Shown one piece after another: positions 53,898-64,000 of a DNA stretch of 64,000 nt; the stretch's first letter is position 1, and every line of letters begins with the position of its first letter. Source of the DNA: Myxococcota bacterium (GTDB lineage Bacteria; Myxococcota_A; UBA9160; SZUA-336); the NCBI GenBank assembly GCA_965247115.1, contig CBDFGR010000003.1, forward strand, positions 1,472,001 through 1,536,000. The letters run 5' to 3'. Under the pieces are notes generated by a model, which made no database searches, had not been told where the DNA came from, and worked only from the letters and a program-made list of their open reading frames with translations. The translations under genes were made by a program, and so were the position numbers.

Positions 53898-55358
53898 TCA
53901 GCCTCCCAGCATTCCGTCCAGAAGAGCATAGATCTGCGGGGCATAGAAGAAGAGCACGAGCGATCCGAGTGCGGTCAGGCAGAGTGGGAGGACGCAGAGC
54001 AGCGGAGCCTCGCGGACACCCGTTGCCTCCTCCTTGGCCGGTGCGGCAAAGAAGGCGCGTCCGACGATCGGCATGAGGTAGCCGATCGAGAGCAATGAGC
54101 TCAGCATTAGCACGCCGATGAAGAGGAACTGCTCTCCCTCTGCGGCGCCCAGCGCCAGGTACCACTTGCTCCAGGCGCTGCCAAAGGGCGGAATCCCGAT
54201 GATGCTGAGGGAGCCGAGCAGGAACGCTCCCATCGTAAAGGGCATGGAGCGGCCGATGCCGTCGAGCTCACTGACCGCTTTCTTGTGGGTCGCCACGTCG
54301 ATCGCGCCGGCACAGAAGAAGAGCGTGATCTTGCCCATGGCGTGCATGGCGATGTGAAGCCCTCCGCCCAGGACACCGCTCGTGGTCGCGAGCGCAGCGC
54401 CGAGCACAATGTAGGAGAGCTGGCTTACCGTCGAGTACGCGAGCCTGGCTTTGAGGTTGTCTTTGGTGAGCGCGATGATCGAGGCGATCAGGATCGTTGC
54501 GGCGGCTACGTACATCAGCCAGGAAGACGCCCCGCTCTCCGCGAGGAAGTCGATCCCGAACACGTAGACGACGACCTTGAGCACGGAGAAGACCCCCGCC
54601 TTTACCACCGCAACCGCGTGCAGCAGCGCGCTTACGGGTGTCGGCGCGACCATCGCCGCGGGCAGCCAGCGGTGAAAGGGCATGAGCGCCGCCTTGCCGA
54701 TGCCGAACGCGTACAGGGCGAGCAACGCGATGCCGGTGCCGGAGTCCGCGTGTGAGGCCAGGATGCCACCGGGCCGGAACTCGAGGGTTCCGCTGAGCTG
54801 CCAGGTCCAGATGATGGCAAAGAGCAGGAACGAGACGGAGGTCGCGAGCAGGATGCCCAGGTATGTGCGGCCCCCTTCCATGGCCTCACGTGTCCCCCGG
54901 TGCGTGACGAGGGGATACGTGGAGAGCGTCAGCGCCTCGTAGAACAGAAACAGCGTGAAGAGGTTGCTGGCGAATGCCACGCCTAGCGCGGCCGAGATCG
55001 CGAGGGCGAAGTACGCGAAGAAGCGGGTCTGCTTGCCCTCGCCGTGCCCGCGCATGTAGCCGATCGAGTAGATCGAGGTCACGATCCAGAGACCGGAGGC
55101 GACGAGCGCGTAGAGCATGCCCAGCGGCTCGACCTCGAAGGCGAGCGCAACGCCGGGAAACACTTCCATCAGCTCGAGGCGCGGACGCCCGCCCGCCATC
55201 ACCTCGGGCAGCAAGCTCGCGACGCTGACGAAGGTCAGAAGGGTAGCGAGCAGCGTCAGCGCTTCGCGCAGGTTCGGACGCCGGTCCGCCGCGATCACCG
55301 CGAGTGCTGCGAGCGCGGGCAGTGCGAGCGAGACGCCGATGGAGGCTTCGGCTGTCAC
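53898..55358 (-). CDS. mrpD: Mrp antiporter subunit D-like (second copy)
   Basis: LFYE, HRWLPAAMVAPTPVSALLHAVAVVKAG, KARLAYST. GTG start 55358. Confidence 0.88.
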   Translation of the reverse strand: MTAEASIGVSLALPALAALAVIAADRRPNLREALTLLATLLTFVSVASLLPEVMAGGRPRLELMEVFPGVALAFEVEPLGMLYALVASGLWIVTSIYSIGYMRGHGEGKQTRFFAYFALAISAALGVAFASNLFTLFLFYEALTLSTYPLVTHRGTREAMEGGRTYLGILLATSVSFLLFAIIWTWQLSGTLEFRPGGILASHADSGTGIALLALYAFGIGKAALMPFHRWLPAAMVAPTPVSALLHAVAVVKAGVFSVLKVVVYVFGIDFLAESGASSWLMYVAAATILIASIIALTKDNLKARLAYSTVSQLSYIVLGAALATTSGVLGGGLHIAMHAMGKITLFFCAGAIDVATHKKAVSELDGIGRSMPFTMGAFLLGSLSIIGIPPFGSAWSKWYLALGAAEGEQFLFIGVLMLSSLLSIGYLMPIVGRAFFAAPAKEEATGVREAPLLCVLPLCLTALGSLVLFFYAPQIYALLDGMLGG

Positions 55359-56830
55359 GGGGACGCTCCGAGCAGCTGTTCGGCGGCGAGCTGGGCAATT
55401 CGAGCGCTCCAGCTCGTGAACAGACCGAAGTAAATGCTGGCCCCGATCAGGATCCAGGCGGGAACGAGGATGGACGCGGGCGCCTCGGCCCGCGCTGCGT
55501 CCGCTGGCGGCTCCTGGAAGTAGGCGACCTCGACGACCCGCCACACGTAGATGGCCGCGAGCAGAGAGCTCACGAGGATTGCTGCGGCCACCAGATTCGC
55601 TCCGCTCTCGAGGGCGGACAGGACCAGGTACCACTTGCTCACGAAGCCAGCGGTCCCGGGAACTCCGATCAGCCCGAGGCCACCCAGTACGAAGGCAGCG
55701 GTGGTGAAGGGCATGCGGCGCCCCAGCCCCCGCAGGTCTGCGATCTCGGACGAGCCGAGCCGTGCGACGATGCAGGCGACCACGAGGAACAGTCCGCCCT
55801 TCATCAGAGCGTGGTTCCACAGGTGCACGAGCCCACCGGTCAGCCCGGTGACGGAGCCCATTGCGAGCCCGAGCGTCATGTATCCGACCTGGGAGACGCT
55901 GGAGTAGGCGAGCAAGCGCTTGAGGTCGGTCTGGTTGATCGCGGCGATCGCACCGATGAACATGGCAGCGATCGACAGGGGCAGGAGCAGCGTCGACAGG
56001 TGCAGCGTGTCGAATACGAAGGCCGCCCCGAACACCGTGAAGACCAGGCGGACCAGAAGGTAGTACGCGACCTTCGTCGCCGTTGCGGCCAGGAACGCCG
56101 AGACGACGGACGGCGCGTAGCTGTAGGCGTTCGGTAACCATTGGTGTAGCGGGAAGACGGCCAGCTTGATCGACACGCCCACGGACAGGAAGGCGAAGGC
56201 CGCGTGCAGGGGCCGCGTGTCCGAGACCTCCGGAATCCGCTCGGCCAGGTCCGCCATGTTGAGCGTTCCGGTCATGAGGTACATGAACCCGATCCCGATC
56301 AACACGAAGGTGCCGCCGATCGTTCCCATGACCAGGTAGGAGAAAGCGGCGCGTAGCGCGCGACGACTCTTGCCGAGGCTGACCAGGGTGTAGGCAGCGA
56401 GGGACGAGATCTCGAGAAACACAAACACGTTGAAGACGTCCCCTGTGACCGTCACCCCGAGAAGTCCGGCGAGGCAGAGCAGGAACGTGGCGTAGAAGAG
56501 GTGCTCTCGTCCCTCGGGGATCGCGTGCCCCCGGAGCCCCGGACCGATCAGGAGGACCGTGGACGCGATCGCCGAGACGATCAGCAGGACGAACGCGTTC
56601 GTCACGTCGACCCGGTACTCGATCCCGATGGGGGGAGGCCAACCGCCGAGCTCGTAGGAGATCGGGATCCCACTGAGAGCGCGCTGCAGCAGTCCGATCG
56701 CCATCGCGAGGCACGCCCAGCTCACGGCGATGGCGAAGCCATGCGTGAGCGCCGCGCGGCGGAGCACGAGACAGAGCGGAGCCGCGAGCAGCGGAACGAC
56801 GACCTGTAGCACGGGGAGGTGCTCGATCAT
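55355..56830 (-). CDS. mrpD: Mrp antiporter subunit D
   Basis: GGWPPPIGIE, FNVFVFLEI, LHQWLPNAYSYAP, KRLLAYSS. Confidence 0.9.
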   Translation of the reverse strand: MIEHLPVLQVVVPLLAAPLCLVLRRAALTHGFAIAVSWACLAMAIGLLQRALSGIPISYELGGWPPPIGIEYRVDVTNAFVLLIVSAIASTVLLIGPGLRGHAIPEGREHLFYATFLLCLAGLLGVTVTGDVFNVFVFLEISSLAAYTLVSLGKSRRALRAAFSYLVMGTIGGTFVLIGIGFMYLMTGTLNMADLAERIPEVSDTRPLHAAFAFLSVGVSIKLAVFPLHQWLPNAYSYAPSVVSAFLAATATKVAYYLLVRLVFTVFGAAFVFDTLHLSTLLLPLSIAAMFIGAIAAINQTDLKRLLAYSSVSQVGYMTLGLAMGSVTGLTGGLVHLWNHALMKGGLFLVVACIVARLGSSEIADLRGLGRRMPFTTAAFVLGGLGLIGVPGTAGFVSKWYLVLSALESGANLVAAAILVSSLLAAIYVWRVVEVAYFQEPPADAARAEAPASILVPAWILIGASIYFGLFTSWSARIAQLAAEQLLGASP

Positions 56831-57186
56831 TCAGAGTTCCGGTCGAGCGCGGTGATCTCCCCCTCGTCGGCCGTTCCGTATGCCTTCTGGATGCGCACCA
56901 CGAGGGCCAGACCGACAGCCGTGACGGACACACCCACGACGATCGCGGTCAACATCAGGACGTGAGGGAGGGGGTTCGCGTACACCACGTTGCTCGCTCC
57001 GTCGACGAGGATCGGTGCCGTCCCGTCGGCGACCTTGGCGATGGAGACGTAGAAGATGATCACGGAGACCTGGAACAGGTTGAGGCCCATGATCTTTTTC
57101 ACGAGATGCTCGCGCGCGATCATGACGTAGAGGCCGATCATCATCAGGCCGATCGCGAGCCAGTAGTTCCAGAGCTCGAGAGCCAT
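56827..57186 (-). CDS. mrpC: Mrp antiporter subunit C
   Basis: LVKKIMGL, NPLPHVLMLTAIVV. Confidence 0.92.
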   Translation of the reverse strand: MALELWNYWLAIGLMMIGLYVMIAREHLVKKIMGLNLFQVSVIIFYVSIAKVADGTAPILVDGASNVVYANPLPHVLMLTAIVVGVSVTAVGLALVVRIQKAYGTADEGEITALDRNSE

Positions 57187-58187
57187 CAGGCCGAGCTCCT
57201 GCCGCTGCGGCCCGCGAAGCTGCAGTAGATGATCGTCATGACCGAGGCGACCGTGATGCCGACTCCAAGCTCGACCAGCAGGATCCCGAGGTGCTGTCCG
57301 TGCACCGGATCGTGCGCATCGAGTACGTCGTAGTCGAGGAAGTCGCCGCCCAGAACGAGGCTGGCAACCCCGACACCGGCATAGATCAGGGCTCCCAGTG
57401 CAGCCCCGAGCTCGACGATCCGGGGAGGGACTACGCGCTTCAGCTCGTCCAATCCAAACACCATCGCGTAGAGAATCAAGCCCGCTGCGAAGATCACCCC
57501 GGCCTGGAATCCCCCGCCCGGCCCGAAGTCGCCGTGGAACTGCACGTACAGGCCGAACAGGAGCACGAACGGGATGAAGCGCTTGGACACGACGCGGAGC
57601 ACGACCTTCTCGCTCATCCGCATGCGCATGCGCGGGCTGCTCATGGCGCGATCGCGCCCCTGCTCCGTGCCCCGAGCGTGAATTCCCAGCAAGAGCATGA
57701 CACCGATCCCGGCCGTGAGGATGACGGTGAGCTCGCCGAATGTGTCGTAGCCCCGATAGCTCGCCAGAATCGCCGTCACCACATTTGGAAGCCCGATCTC
57801 GCGTGGGGTCTCCAGCAGGTAGTGGGGAGCGACGTGCTGGTGGATCGGGGCCGCGGGATCAGCGTACGCGGGCATACCCAGCGTGCCGTACACCAGGGCG
57901 GCTCCGGTGACCACGACGATGGCGAGCGCGAGCAGCGGACGGCGCGGCGGACCCTCCTCCTCGGCTGTGAGGGCGAGGGTCCCGAGGATGAGCACCGTAG
58001 AGATCCCTGCACCCACCGCGGCTTCTGTGAACGCCACGTCAACAGCGTCCATCACCGTGAACAGGCCGGCCGAGAGCAGGCTGAAGATCCCCGTGAGCAT
58101 GGCGGCGCCGAACAGGTCCCGGAGTCGCGCGATCGACACGGCGATCACGATGAGGAAGCCGAAGAGGATCAGCTCAAGTGGAAACAT
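57186..58187 (-). CDS. mrpB: Mrp antiporter subunit B (DUF4040 + MnhB fusion)
   Basis: DVAFTEAAVGAG, NVVTAILASYRGYDTFGE, HGDFGPGGGFQAG. Confidence 0.9.
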   Translation of the reverse strand: MFPLELILFGFLIVIAVSIARLRDLFGAAMLTGIFSLLSAGLFTVMDAVDVAFTEAAVGAGISTVLILGTLALTAEEEGPPRRPLLALAIVVVTGAALVYGTLGMPAYADPAAPIHQHVAPHYLLETPREIGLPNVVTAILASYRGYDTFGELTVILTAGIGVMLLLGIHARGTEQGRDRAMSSPRMRMRMSEKVVLRVVSKRFIPFVLLFGLYVQFHGDFGPGGGFQAGVIFAAGLILYAMVFGLDELKRVVPPRIVELGAALGALIYAGVGVASLVLGGDFLDYDVLDAHDPVHGQHLGILLVELGVGITVASVMTIIYCSFAGRSGRSSA

Positions 58188-58497
58188 CGCTTGCGTCGGT
58201 CTCCCGGACCCTGATCCCGCGTGAGTAGGCGGCCTTCACGAGGGCGTGGGTCGCGGTCGGGCTCGTGAGGTGCAGCAGGAAGGCAATCATCACGAGCTTG
58301 ACACTGATCAGCGTTGGCCCGGCCTGGAGCACGAGCCCGAAGAGGATCAGGCTCGCTCCCAGTGTGTCCGTGAGCCCGCCCGCGTGGGTCCGGGAGTAGA
58401 AATCGGGCAGACGGTGCAGGCCTACTCCTCCGATCATGCAGATCAACGCCCCGCTCGCGAGAAGCGCCCAGCTCGCCGCGTCGACGAGCGAGGTCAA
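58174..58497 (-). CDS. mrpG: Mrp antiporter subunit G
   Basis: RLPDFYSRTHA, TSPTATHAL. TTG start 58497. Confidence 0.9.
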   Translation of the reverse strand: MTSLVDAASWALLASGALICMIGGVGLHRLPDFYSRTHAGGLTDTLGASLILFGLVLQAGPTLISVKLVMIAFLLHLTSPTATHALVKAAYSRGIRVRETDASDVST

Positions 58498-58769
58498 GGG
58501 CGCACCTGCTCGTCGGAGCCGAGGTCGCCGTACTTGGAGAAGCGGAGCACGGCCAGCAGGGCAACGTAGCTGATCAAGCCGTAGAGGAGCGCCAGATCCA
58601 GCCACTCCGGGCGCCCGGACAGAAAGCCCGAGACCGCGATCAGCAGCATGGTCTTGGTGGCGAACATGTTCGCCGCGAGGATGCGATCGTAGGCGCTGGG
58701 ACCGAGGATCGCGCGCAGCAGTGCCAGCAGCATCGTGACGAGAACTCCTGCCGCTGCGACGGCGAACAT
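58494..58769 (-). CDS. mrpF: Mrp antiporter subunit F
   Basis: RAILGPSAYDRILA, DLALLY. Confidence 0.9.
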   Translation of the reverse strand: MFAVAAAGVLVTMLLALLRAILGPSAYDRILAANMFATKTMLLIAVSGFLSGRPEWLDLALLYGLISYVALLAVLRFSKYGDLGSDEQVRP

Positions 58770-59254
58770 CAGAGGTCGCTCTCCGCTCCTTCGAGCCAGG
58801 CGACGTGGTCGTTCATGCCCCCGTTGAGCAGTCCGTCGGCCGAGTGCCGTGTCAGTGCGTGTACGAGGAGCGTCTGGTCCCTCACGTCCAACGTGACGGT
58901 TCCCGGGGTGAGCGTGATCGAGTTCGCGAAGATGACCCGCCCCAGGTCTGTCTCCTGCCGGGCACGGATGCGTAGCAGCCGGGGGCGAATCGGCAGGCTC
59001 GGAGTGAGAATGACGCGGGCCACGTGCAGGTTCGCCTTCGCGATCTCCCAGAGGAGCCAGGGTATGTAGAGGAGCGGACGGAGGCCGAGATGGTACGGCT
59101 CGGACTCCGCGTCGATCAGATCCATCCGTAGCGCGAGCAGAAGCGCGATGCCCACCGAGAGCGCTCCGAACGCCAGCAAGAGTGGCTCGCTATGCCCTGA
59201 CCACAGCAGCCAGGTGAAGACAAGCCATGCGGACAAGAAGATGGTGCGGATCAC
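58769..59254 (-). CDS. mrpE: Mrp antiporter subunit E
   Basis: WLLWSG, EIAKANLHVA, ANSITLTPGT, VHAL. Confidence 0.92.
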   Translation of the reverse strand: MIRTIFLSAWLVFTWLLWSGHSEPLLLAFGALSVGIALLLALRMDLIDAESEPYHLGLRPLLYIPWLLWEIAKANLHVARVILTPSLPIRPRLLRIRARQETDLGRVIFANSITLTPGTVTLDVRDQTLLVHALTRHSADGLLNGGMNDHVAWLEGAESDL

Positions 59255-59337
59255 GGTTCCCCCAGGATCGAGCGACCGCGATAGTAAACTGCGGGCGAGC
59301 GCAGGCCAACCGAGGCGCCGCAAGGTATAGTCCTCCC

Positions 59338-59595
59338 ATGCCTCTGCAGATCAGCCCACCCGCGGACGAGACGCGCGCCCAGCTGCGCGAGGCGATCGCC
59401 GCAGCGCTCCCGGAAGCGAAAATCCAGGTGTCTGGCGGCGGCGGGCACTTCGAGATCCACGTGGTCTCGGCGGCCTTCGAGGGCAAGCGTGCCCTCGCCA
59501 AACAGCGCCTGGTCTACGACGCGATCACCCACCTGATGACGGGCGAAAACGCCCCGGTCCACGCCGTGGACCGCCTGGTTACGGAGACTCCGTAG
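59338..59595 (+). CDS. BolA/IbaG family protein
   Basis: GGHFEIHVVSAAFEGK...QRLVY...VHA. Confidence 0.9.
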   Translation: MPLQISPPADETRAQLREAIAAALPEAKIQVSGGGGHFEIHVVSAAFEGKRALAKQRLVYDAITHLMTGENAPVHAVDRLVTETP

Positions 59596-60916
59596 CGCGC
59601 TCGGGCGGCAGTCTGCCGTCGCGGCTGCGCAGCTTGACGACTACGAGCTCGTCCCGTTCCACAGCTCTCACGTAGCCCGCGGCGAGCACGTGCCCGTTGG
59701 GGTCGAGCGCGAGCGTGCGAGCGTCCCCGGCGGCCCGTCCGATCTCTCGCTGCCAGAGCGAGTGCCCGTCCCGGCCGCGGAGCTTCAGCACGAATATCTC
59801 CCTTGGTCCTGCGCAGCCGGCAGCGAGGATGTCAGCGTCTGCGTTCACGGAAACCGCGACGCCCTCGCCGCAGCGACGGCCCCCGTCGAAAGTGCGCTGC
59901 CAGAACTGCCGACCGTCGCTCGAGGCTCGCTTGGTGACGCGGAAGCCCGCGGCGTCTGCCGTCGCCAGGACGAGGTCGCCGCGAACATCCAGGTAGAGGT
60001 CCAGGCCGTGGGCGTCGTCCTGCGGGTCCACGTCGACCCAGCGAGGCGCGCCATTTCTCCCGTCCATTCTCGCGACCACCAGGAGTGTCCCGTTGCTGGC
60101 GGCGGGCACGAGCCACGCCGCAATGACGTCTCCGCTGTCGTCGAGCGAGATCACTCGCGCGGAGAGCGCCGGACCGGAGGAGGTCCCGGCTCGCCCGGCC
60201 TGTAGGCTGCTCTGCCACATCTCCTCTCCGTCGAGCCCGTCGATCTTCAGCACCCCGAGCTTCGGTTCGCCGGGTGCGCCCCACAGGCTGCCTGCGACCA
60301 GGGCGTCTCCCCCGCTCGTGGTGGTGACTGCCGTTGCATCCGGGCGGGTCGTCCAGAGTGGTCGGATTCGGTAGCGCCACAGCTCTCGCCCATCTGCGGC
60401 GGCCAGCTTGAGCAGGCTGAACTCGTTCGGCTCCGCGTCGCGGCTCTGGCCGGCTGCGATCACCTCGCCCCGAGGGTCGAGCGCAAGGGATGTTACCAGC
60501 CCGTCGCCCGACGGCCCCTGCGACAGGGTGTGACGCCAGACTTCCGTTCCGCTCGCACCATCGAGGCGCACCACTGCCGACCTGGACCCGGCTCCGTCGG
60601 AACCGGACTCCGACAGCCCGGCGTCCACGACCGGGTCCACTCCGTCCGCCAGCACGAGTGCGCCCCCGCCGCGGATGCTGCGGCTCCAGAGCGTGCTCCC
60701 GAGAGAGCCCGAGAGCTTCGCGACGCCAAAGCCAGCGGCAAAGGAGCCCGCCACGAACACGTCCCCGCTCTCGTCGACGGCCAGCCCGAGCCGCAGGGTA
60801 CTGCCCGCGCCCCCATCCGGTGTCGCGAGTCGCGCCTGCCAACCATCCCCGGCCGAGACACACCCCACCAGCCAGACCGAAACCGCCAAACCAAGGCCGG
60901 TTCTCCGTGAGACCAC
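59579..60916 (-). CDS. PQQ-like beta-propeller repeat lipoprotein
   Basis: Lipobox LVGC; repeated KLxGxxGxxLW blades. Start uncertain. Confidence 0.75.
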   Translation of the reverse strand: MVSRRTGLGLAVSVWLVGCVSAGDGWQARLATPDGGAGSTLRLGLAVDESGDVFVAGSFAAGFGVAKLSGSLGSTLWSRSIRGGGALVLADGVDPVVDAGLSESGSDGAGSRSAVVRLDGASGTEVWRHTLSQGPSGDGLVTSLALDPRGEVIAAGQSRDAEPNEFSLLKLAAADGRELWRYRIRPLWTTRPDATAVTTTSGGDALVAGSLWGAPGEPKLGVLKIDGLDGEEMWQSSLQAGRAGTSSGPALSARVISLDDSGDVIAAWLVPAASNGTLLVVARMDGRNGAPRWVDVDPQDDAHGLDLYLDVRGDLVLATADAAGFRVTKRASSDGRQFWQRTFDGGRRCGEGVAVSVNADADILAAGCAGPREIFVLKLRGRDGHSLWQREIGRAAGDARTLALDPNGHVLAAGYVRAVERDELVVVKLRSRDGRLPPERATESP

Positions 60917-61168
60917 AGTCGGGAACGTAACGTTTCTGGCCTTGTGGGACCCGGCCGCGGGCGTCCGCGGCCACCCTTGTGGGACCCGGCGCGCGAGCGG
61001 TCGCGCGCCACCCACCTCCGCTCAGGCCTTCGGCCCTCGCTGCGCGCGCCGCATTCTGCGTCGCTTGCAAGGTTGCCAAGCCTCGTAGAACTTGATGTCC
61101 CCAAGTCTAGCTGAGCAGGCGAGAGCGACCGCCGGGGAGACTTCCGGCCTCCGAGGGCGTGACTCGGG

Positions 61169-62632
61169 CTACCTTGAGAAGAGGTCTACGACCTTGGCGT
61201 CAAGGGTGGCGGGTCTGGCGCGGGTGCGGGCCCAGTCGCGCAGCTCTTTGATGCGATCCTCGTAGGTGTCGTAGAGGGGGACCGTCTCGTTGATCGCGTT
61301 TGCCAGGTCGTTGAAATCGAGGTCGCGCGCCTCCGCGAAGGCCTTGTGGAGAGCCGCGTTCACGACCTGCTCCAGCTCCGCGCCAGACAGCCTGCTGGAC
61401 TGTGCGGCGAGCTCCTCGAGATCCAGCTGAAGCGGGTCCCTGCCGCGCTTTCGCAGGTGGATGGAGAGGATCTCTGCGCGCTCGTCGATGCTCGGCAGAT
61501 CCACGAAGAAGAGCTCGTCGAAGCGACCGCGCCGCAGCAGCTCTGGCGGAAGCGTGCTCACGTCGTTGGCCGTCGCCACGACGAAGACGGGCTGTTGCTT
61601 CTCCGACAGCCAGGTCAGAAACGAGCCGAAGACTCGACTCGCTCGGCCGTCGCGGCCCGACGCGGCGAAGCCCTTCTCGATCTCGTCGATCCAGAGCACG
61701 GCCGGAGCGATGGACTCGGCCATTGCCGTTGCCTCGCGGATCGTCTCCTCCGGACCGTTGCCGGAGCCTCCGAACGCGGCTGCCACGTCCAGACGCAGCA
61801 GGGGAAACTGCCACTCCCGTGCCACCGCCTTGGCGCACAGCGACTTCCCACAGCCCTGAACGCCCAGCAGCAGCAGCCCGCGCGGTGTGGGCAGGCCGAA
61901 GCTCCGGGCCTCTTCTCCAAAAGTACGACGCCGTTCGCGGACCCAGTGCTTGAGCTCCCCGAGCCCGCCAACCGCCGCCATGTCCGCGTCGGTGTCGTGG
62001 AAGCTGAGCGCCGGCGTCCGGCGCAGGGCCGCGCGCTTCTCGTGGACCATCCCTGCCACCGCGGTGGCGTTGAGACCCTCTGCGCGGGCGCAGGCCTTGC
62101 GGAACACACGCACCGCTTCGATGTTTGTCAGGCCCAGAGTCGCCCCGACCGCGCTCTGCAGCAGCGCGGGGTCAGCGTCCGGAGCGACCGCTTCCATCAG
62201 GCGGGTCATCTCGCTGGCGCCGGGCAAGGGAAGACTGAGTCGAGCCGCCTCGCGTTGGAGCTCTGGGGGAAGGTCGATGAGGGGGCCGAGCAGGACCACC
62301 ACCTGCGTGCGTTCGGCGAGCACGCCGAGCAGGTCTCGTAGTCTCCGCACCCCGACCGGATCCTCGAACAGCCGATGCGCGTCGAGGATCGCGAAGATCG
62401 CGGAATCGGGCTCCGCCGAGATCGCCTTCAGGCCGTCGTCAAGAGAGCCAGCGCCGTTCCCTCCGGGAATCAAGCCCGACGCGATCGACCAGCAGACGAG
62501 CTTGCGATCGCAGAACCTGGCCGCGTGCTCGAGCACGGCCAGCGCGCGCTCTTCCTCGAAGTTCTCGAAGGTGATCAGCGTCCAGCCCGACTGAATCACG
62601 AGCGCGAGCTCTTCGGTCGCCTCGCGGCTCAT
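61169..62632 (-). CDS. AAA+ ATPase (Ycf46-like)
   Basis: [54 protein letters not shown]. Confidence 0.9.
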   Translation of the reverse strand: MSREATEELALVIQSGWTLITFENFEEERALAVLEHAARFCDRKLVCWSIASGLIPGGNGAGSLDDGLKAISAEPDSAIFAILDAHRLFEDPVGVRRLRDLLGVLAERTQVVVLLGPLIDLPPELQREAARLSLPLPGASEMTRLMEAVAPDADPALLQSAVGATLGLTNIEAVRVFRKACARAEGLNATAVAGMVHEKRAALRRTPALSFHDTDADMAAVGGLGELKHWVRERRRTFGEEARSFGLPTPRGLLLLGVQGCGKSLCAKAVAREWQFPLLRLDVAAAFGGSGNGPEETIREATAMAESIAPAVLWIDEIEKGFAASGRDGRASRVFGSFLTWLSEKQQPVFVVATANDVSTLPPELLRRGRFDELFFVDLPSIDERAEILSIHLRKRGRDPLQLDLEELAAQSSRLSGAELEQVVNAALHKAFAEARDLDFNDLANAINETVPLYDTYEDRIKELRDWARTRARPATLDAKVVDLFSR

Positions 62633-64000
62633 TCCATGTCCGCGGTGAGCCGGACCACCTCTTCGTAGGCGATCAGTCCCTCGGCAAGCCTGCGCATCGC
62701 GCTCTCGCGCAGCACTTCCATGCCCTCGACCCTGGCGGCGCGAGCGATCTCGTTCGCGTCTTCACCCTTCTTGATCAGGTCGCGCACGCGCTGGCCCACG
62801 TCGAGCATCTCGAACACGCCGGTGCGGCCGTACAGCCCCGTCTGACGGCAATCGGTGCAGCCGTCTCCCCAGCGCACCGCGAGGCGCTCGCGCCGCTCGA
62901 CCGGGACCTTGATGCCGAGGGCGGCGACCTGCTCGGGTGTCAGGAACCCGTCCACTCCGCAGTGCGGGCAGATCCTTCGGAGCAGGCGCTGGGCAAGAAC
63001 GCCGCGCAGCACGCTCGAGAGCAGGAAATTCTCCACGCCGAGCTCGAGCAGCCGCGTTACAGCACCGGCCGCGTCGCGGGTATGGACTGTGGAGAAGACC
63101 AGGTGACCGGTAAGCGCGGCCTGTACGGCCATCTGCGCGGTCTCTCCATCGCGGATCTCGCCGACCATGATGATGTCCGGGTCCTGCCGCAGGATGGAGC
63201 GCAGTGCCTGCGAGAAAGTCACCTCGATCTGGCGCTGGACCTGCACCTGCACGAAGCGCGGGTCGATCATTTCGATCGGGTCCTCGACCGTGGTGATGTT
63301 GAGCTCGGGTCCCGCCAGGTAGCGCAGCGTCGAGTACAGCGTGGTCGTCTTGCCGGAACCGGTCGGGCCCGTGACCAGGATCAGTCCGCTTGGCGACGTG
63401 ATCCACCTCTCGAAGATCTCGCGCTCCTCCGGGTAGAAGCCGAGATCCTGCAAGCTCGAGAGCAGGATCCCCGGATCCAGGATTCGGATCACGATCTTCT
63501 CTCCGAAGGCCGTTGCGATGCTGGAGACGCGGAGCTCCACCTCCTTGTCGCCCCGGTGCGTCTTGATCCGTCCGTCTTGTGGGCGTCTCCGTTCCGCGAT
63601 GTCCATCATGGCCATGACCTTGATTCGCGAGGCGATGGCGGCCTGGACGTTGGTCGGGAACGCCTCGATGTCGTGAAGGATGCCGTCGATGCGAAAGCGC
63701 ACGGCCGCGTCGTTGGCGCGGGGCTCGATGTGGATGTCGCTCGCGCGCTGCTCGAACGCGTAGTTGAGCAGGAAGTCGACCGCACGAATCACGTGCTCGT
63801 CGCTGACCTCGGACAGCTCTGCGTTCGAGCGCAGCTCGACGAGCTCCACCAAGGGCGACTGACGCGTGCTCTCGCCGAGCTCCACCTCCGCGCTCGCGAC
63901 GCTCTTGCGGAAGCCGTAGACACGCTCGACGATCGAGAGAATGTCGCGCTTGGCGGCGACGCAGTAGCTGAGGGGCGCCTCTACGAGCTGCTCCAAGCTC
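62629..64000 (-). CDS. GspE/PulE/PilB family secretion ATPase (5' part outside window)
   Basis: ASDIHIEP, PQDGR, GPTGSGKTTTLY, TVEDPIE, LRQDPDIIMVGEIRD, TGHLVFSTVH, CxxC pairs. Confidence 0.95.
   Translation of the reverse strand, partial: SLEQLVEAPLSYCVAAKRDILSIVERVYGFRKSVASAEVELGESTRQSPLVELVELRSNAELSEVSDEHVIRAVDFLLNYAFEQRASDIHIEPRANDAAVRFRIDGILHDIEAFPTNVQAAIASRIKVMAMMDIAERRRPQDGRIKTHRGDKEVELRVSSIATAFGEKIVIRILDPGILLSSLQDLGFYPEEREIFERWITSPSGLILVTGPTGSGKTTTLYSTLRYLAGPELNITTVEDPIEMIDPRFVQVQVQRQIEVTFSQALRSILRQDPDIIMVGEIRDGETAQMAVQAALTGHLVFSTVHTRDAAGAVTRLLELGVENFLLSSVLRGVLAQRLLRRICPHCGVDGFLTPEQVAALGIKVPVERRERLAVRWGDGCTDCRQTGLYGRTGVFEMLDVGQRVRDLIKKGEDANEIARAARVEGMEVLRESAMRRLAEGLIAYEEVVRLTADME

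Noticed and set aside
53898..56933. 1011-aa fused antiporter ORF
   Set aside because: The N-terminal half is an off-frame shadow of mrpD (55355-56830); the real start is GTG 55358.

Overview
High-GC bacterial chromosomal window. The gene content (CarF, a class III cyclase-AAA-TPR protein, pilin/GspE and a multi-MrpD antiporter operon) suggests a Myxococcota/deltaproteobacterial-like host; this is inference. It holds about 60 genes or gene remnants. These include a FadR-type regulator with an RND efflux pair behind a four-copy operator array, and a toxin-antitoxin islet bracketed by two near-identical palindromes. An intact IS5-family element with CTAG flanks truncates a thioesterase. A tRNA-Ser/Ser/Arg cluster carries an Arg tRNA with the uncommon GCG anticodon. 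The accessory region that follows contains a tmRNA 3'-end fragment, a triple-Rid/MaoC operon and a Zn-wHTH-HEPN gene. Further along are a carF/variant-folE/cytochrome c operon, pdxST with a MocR regulator, purN, a DMFase-like subunit and an mrp operon. The top candidate is an unannotated c-di-GMP-I (GEMM)-type riboswitch at 37855-37948 (minus strand). It has U instead of the canonical C at the ligand-pairing position 92, and its P1 helix overlaps the ribosome-binding site of a pilin-led gene run. All calls are by eye; no searches were run.
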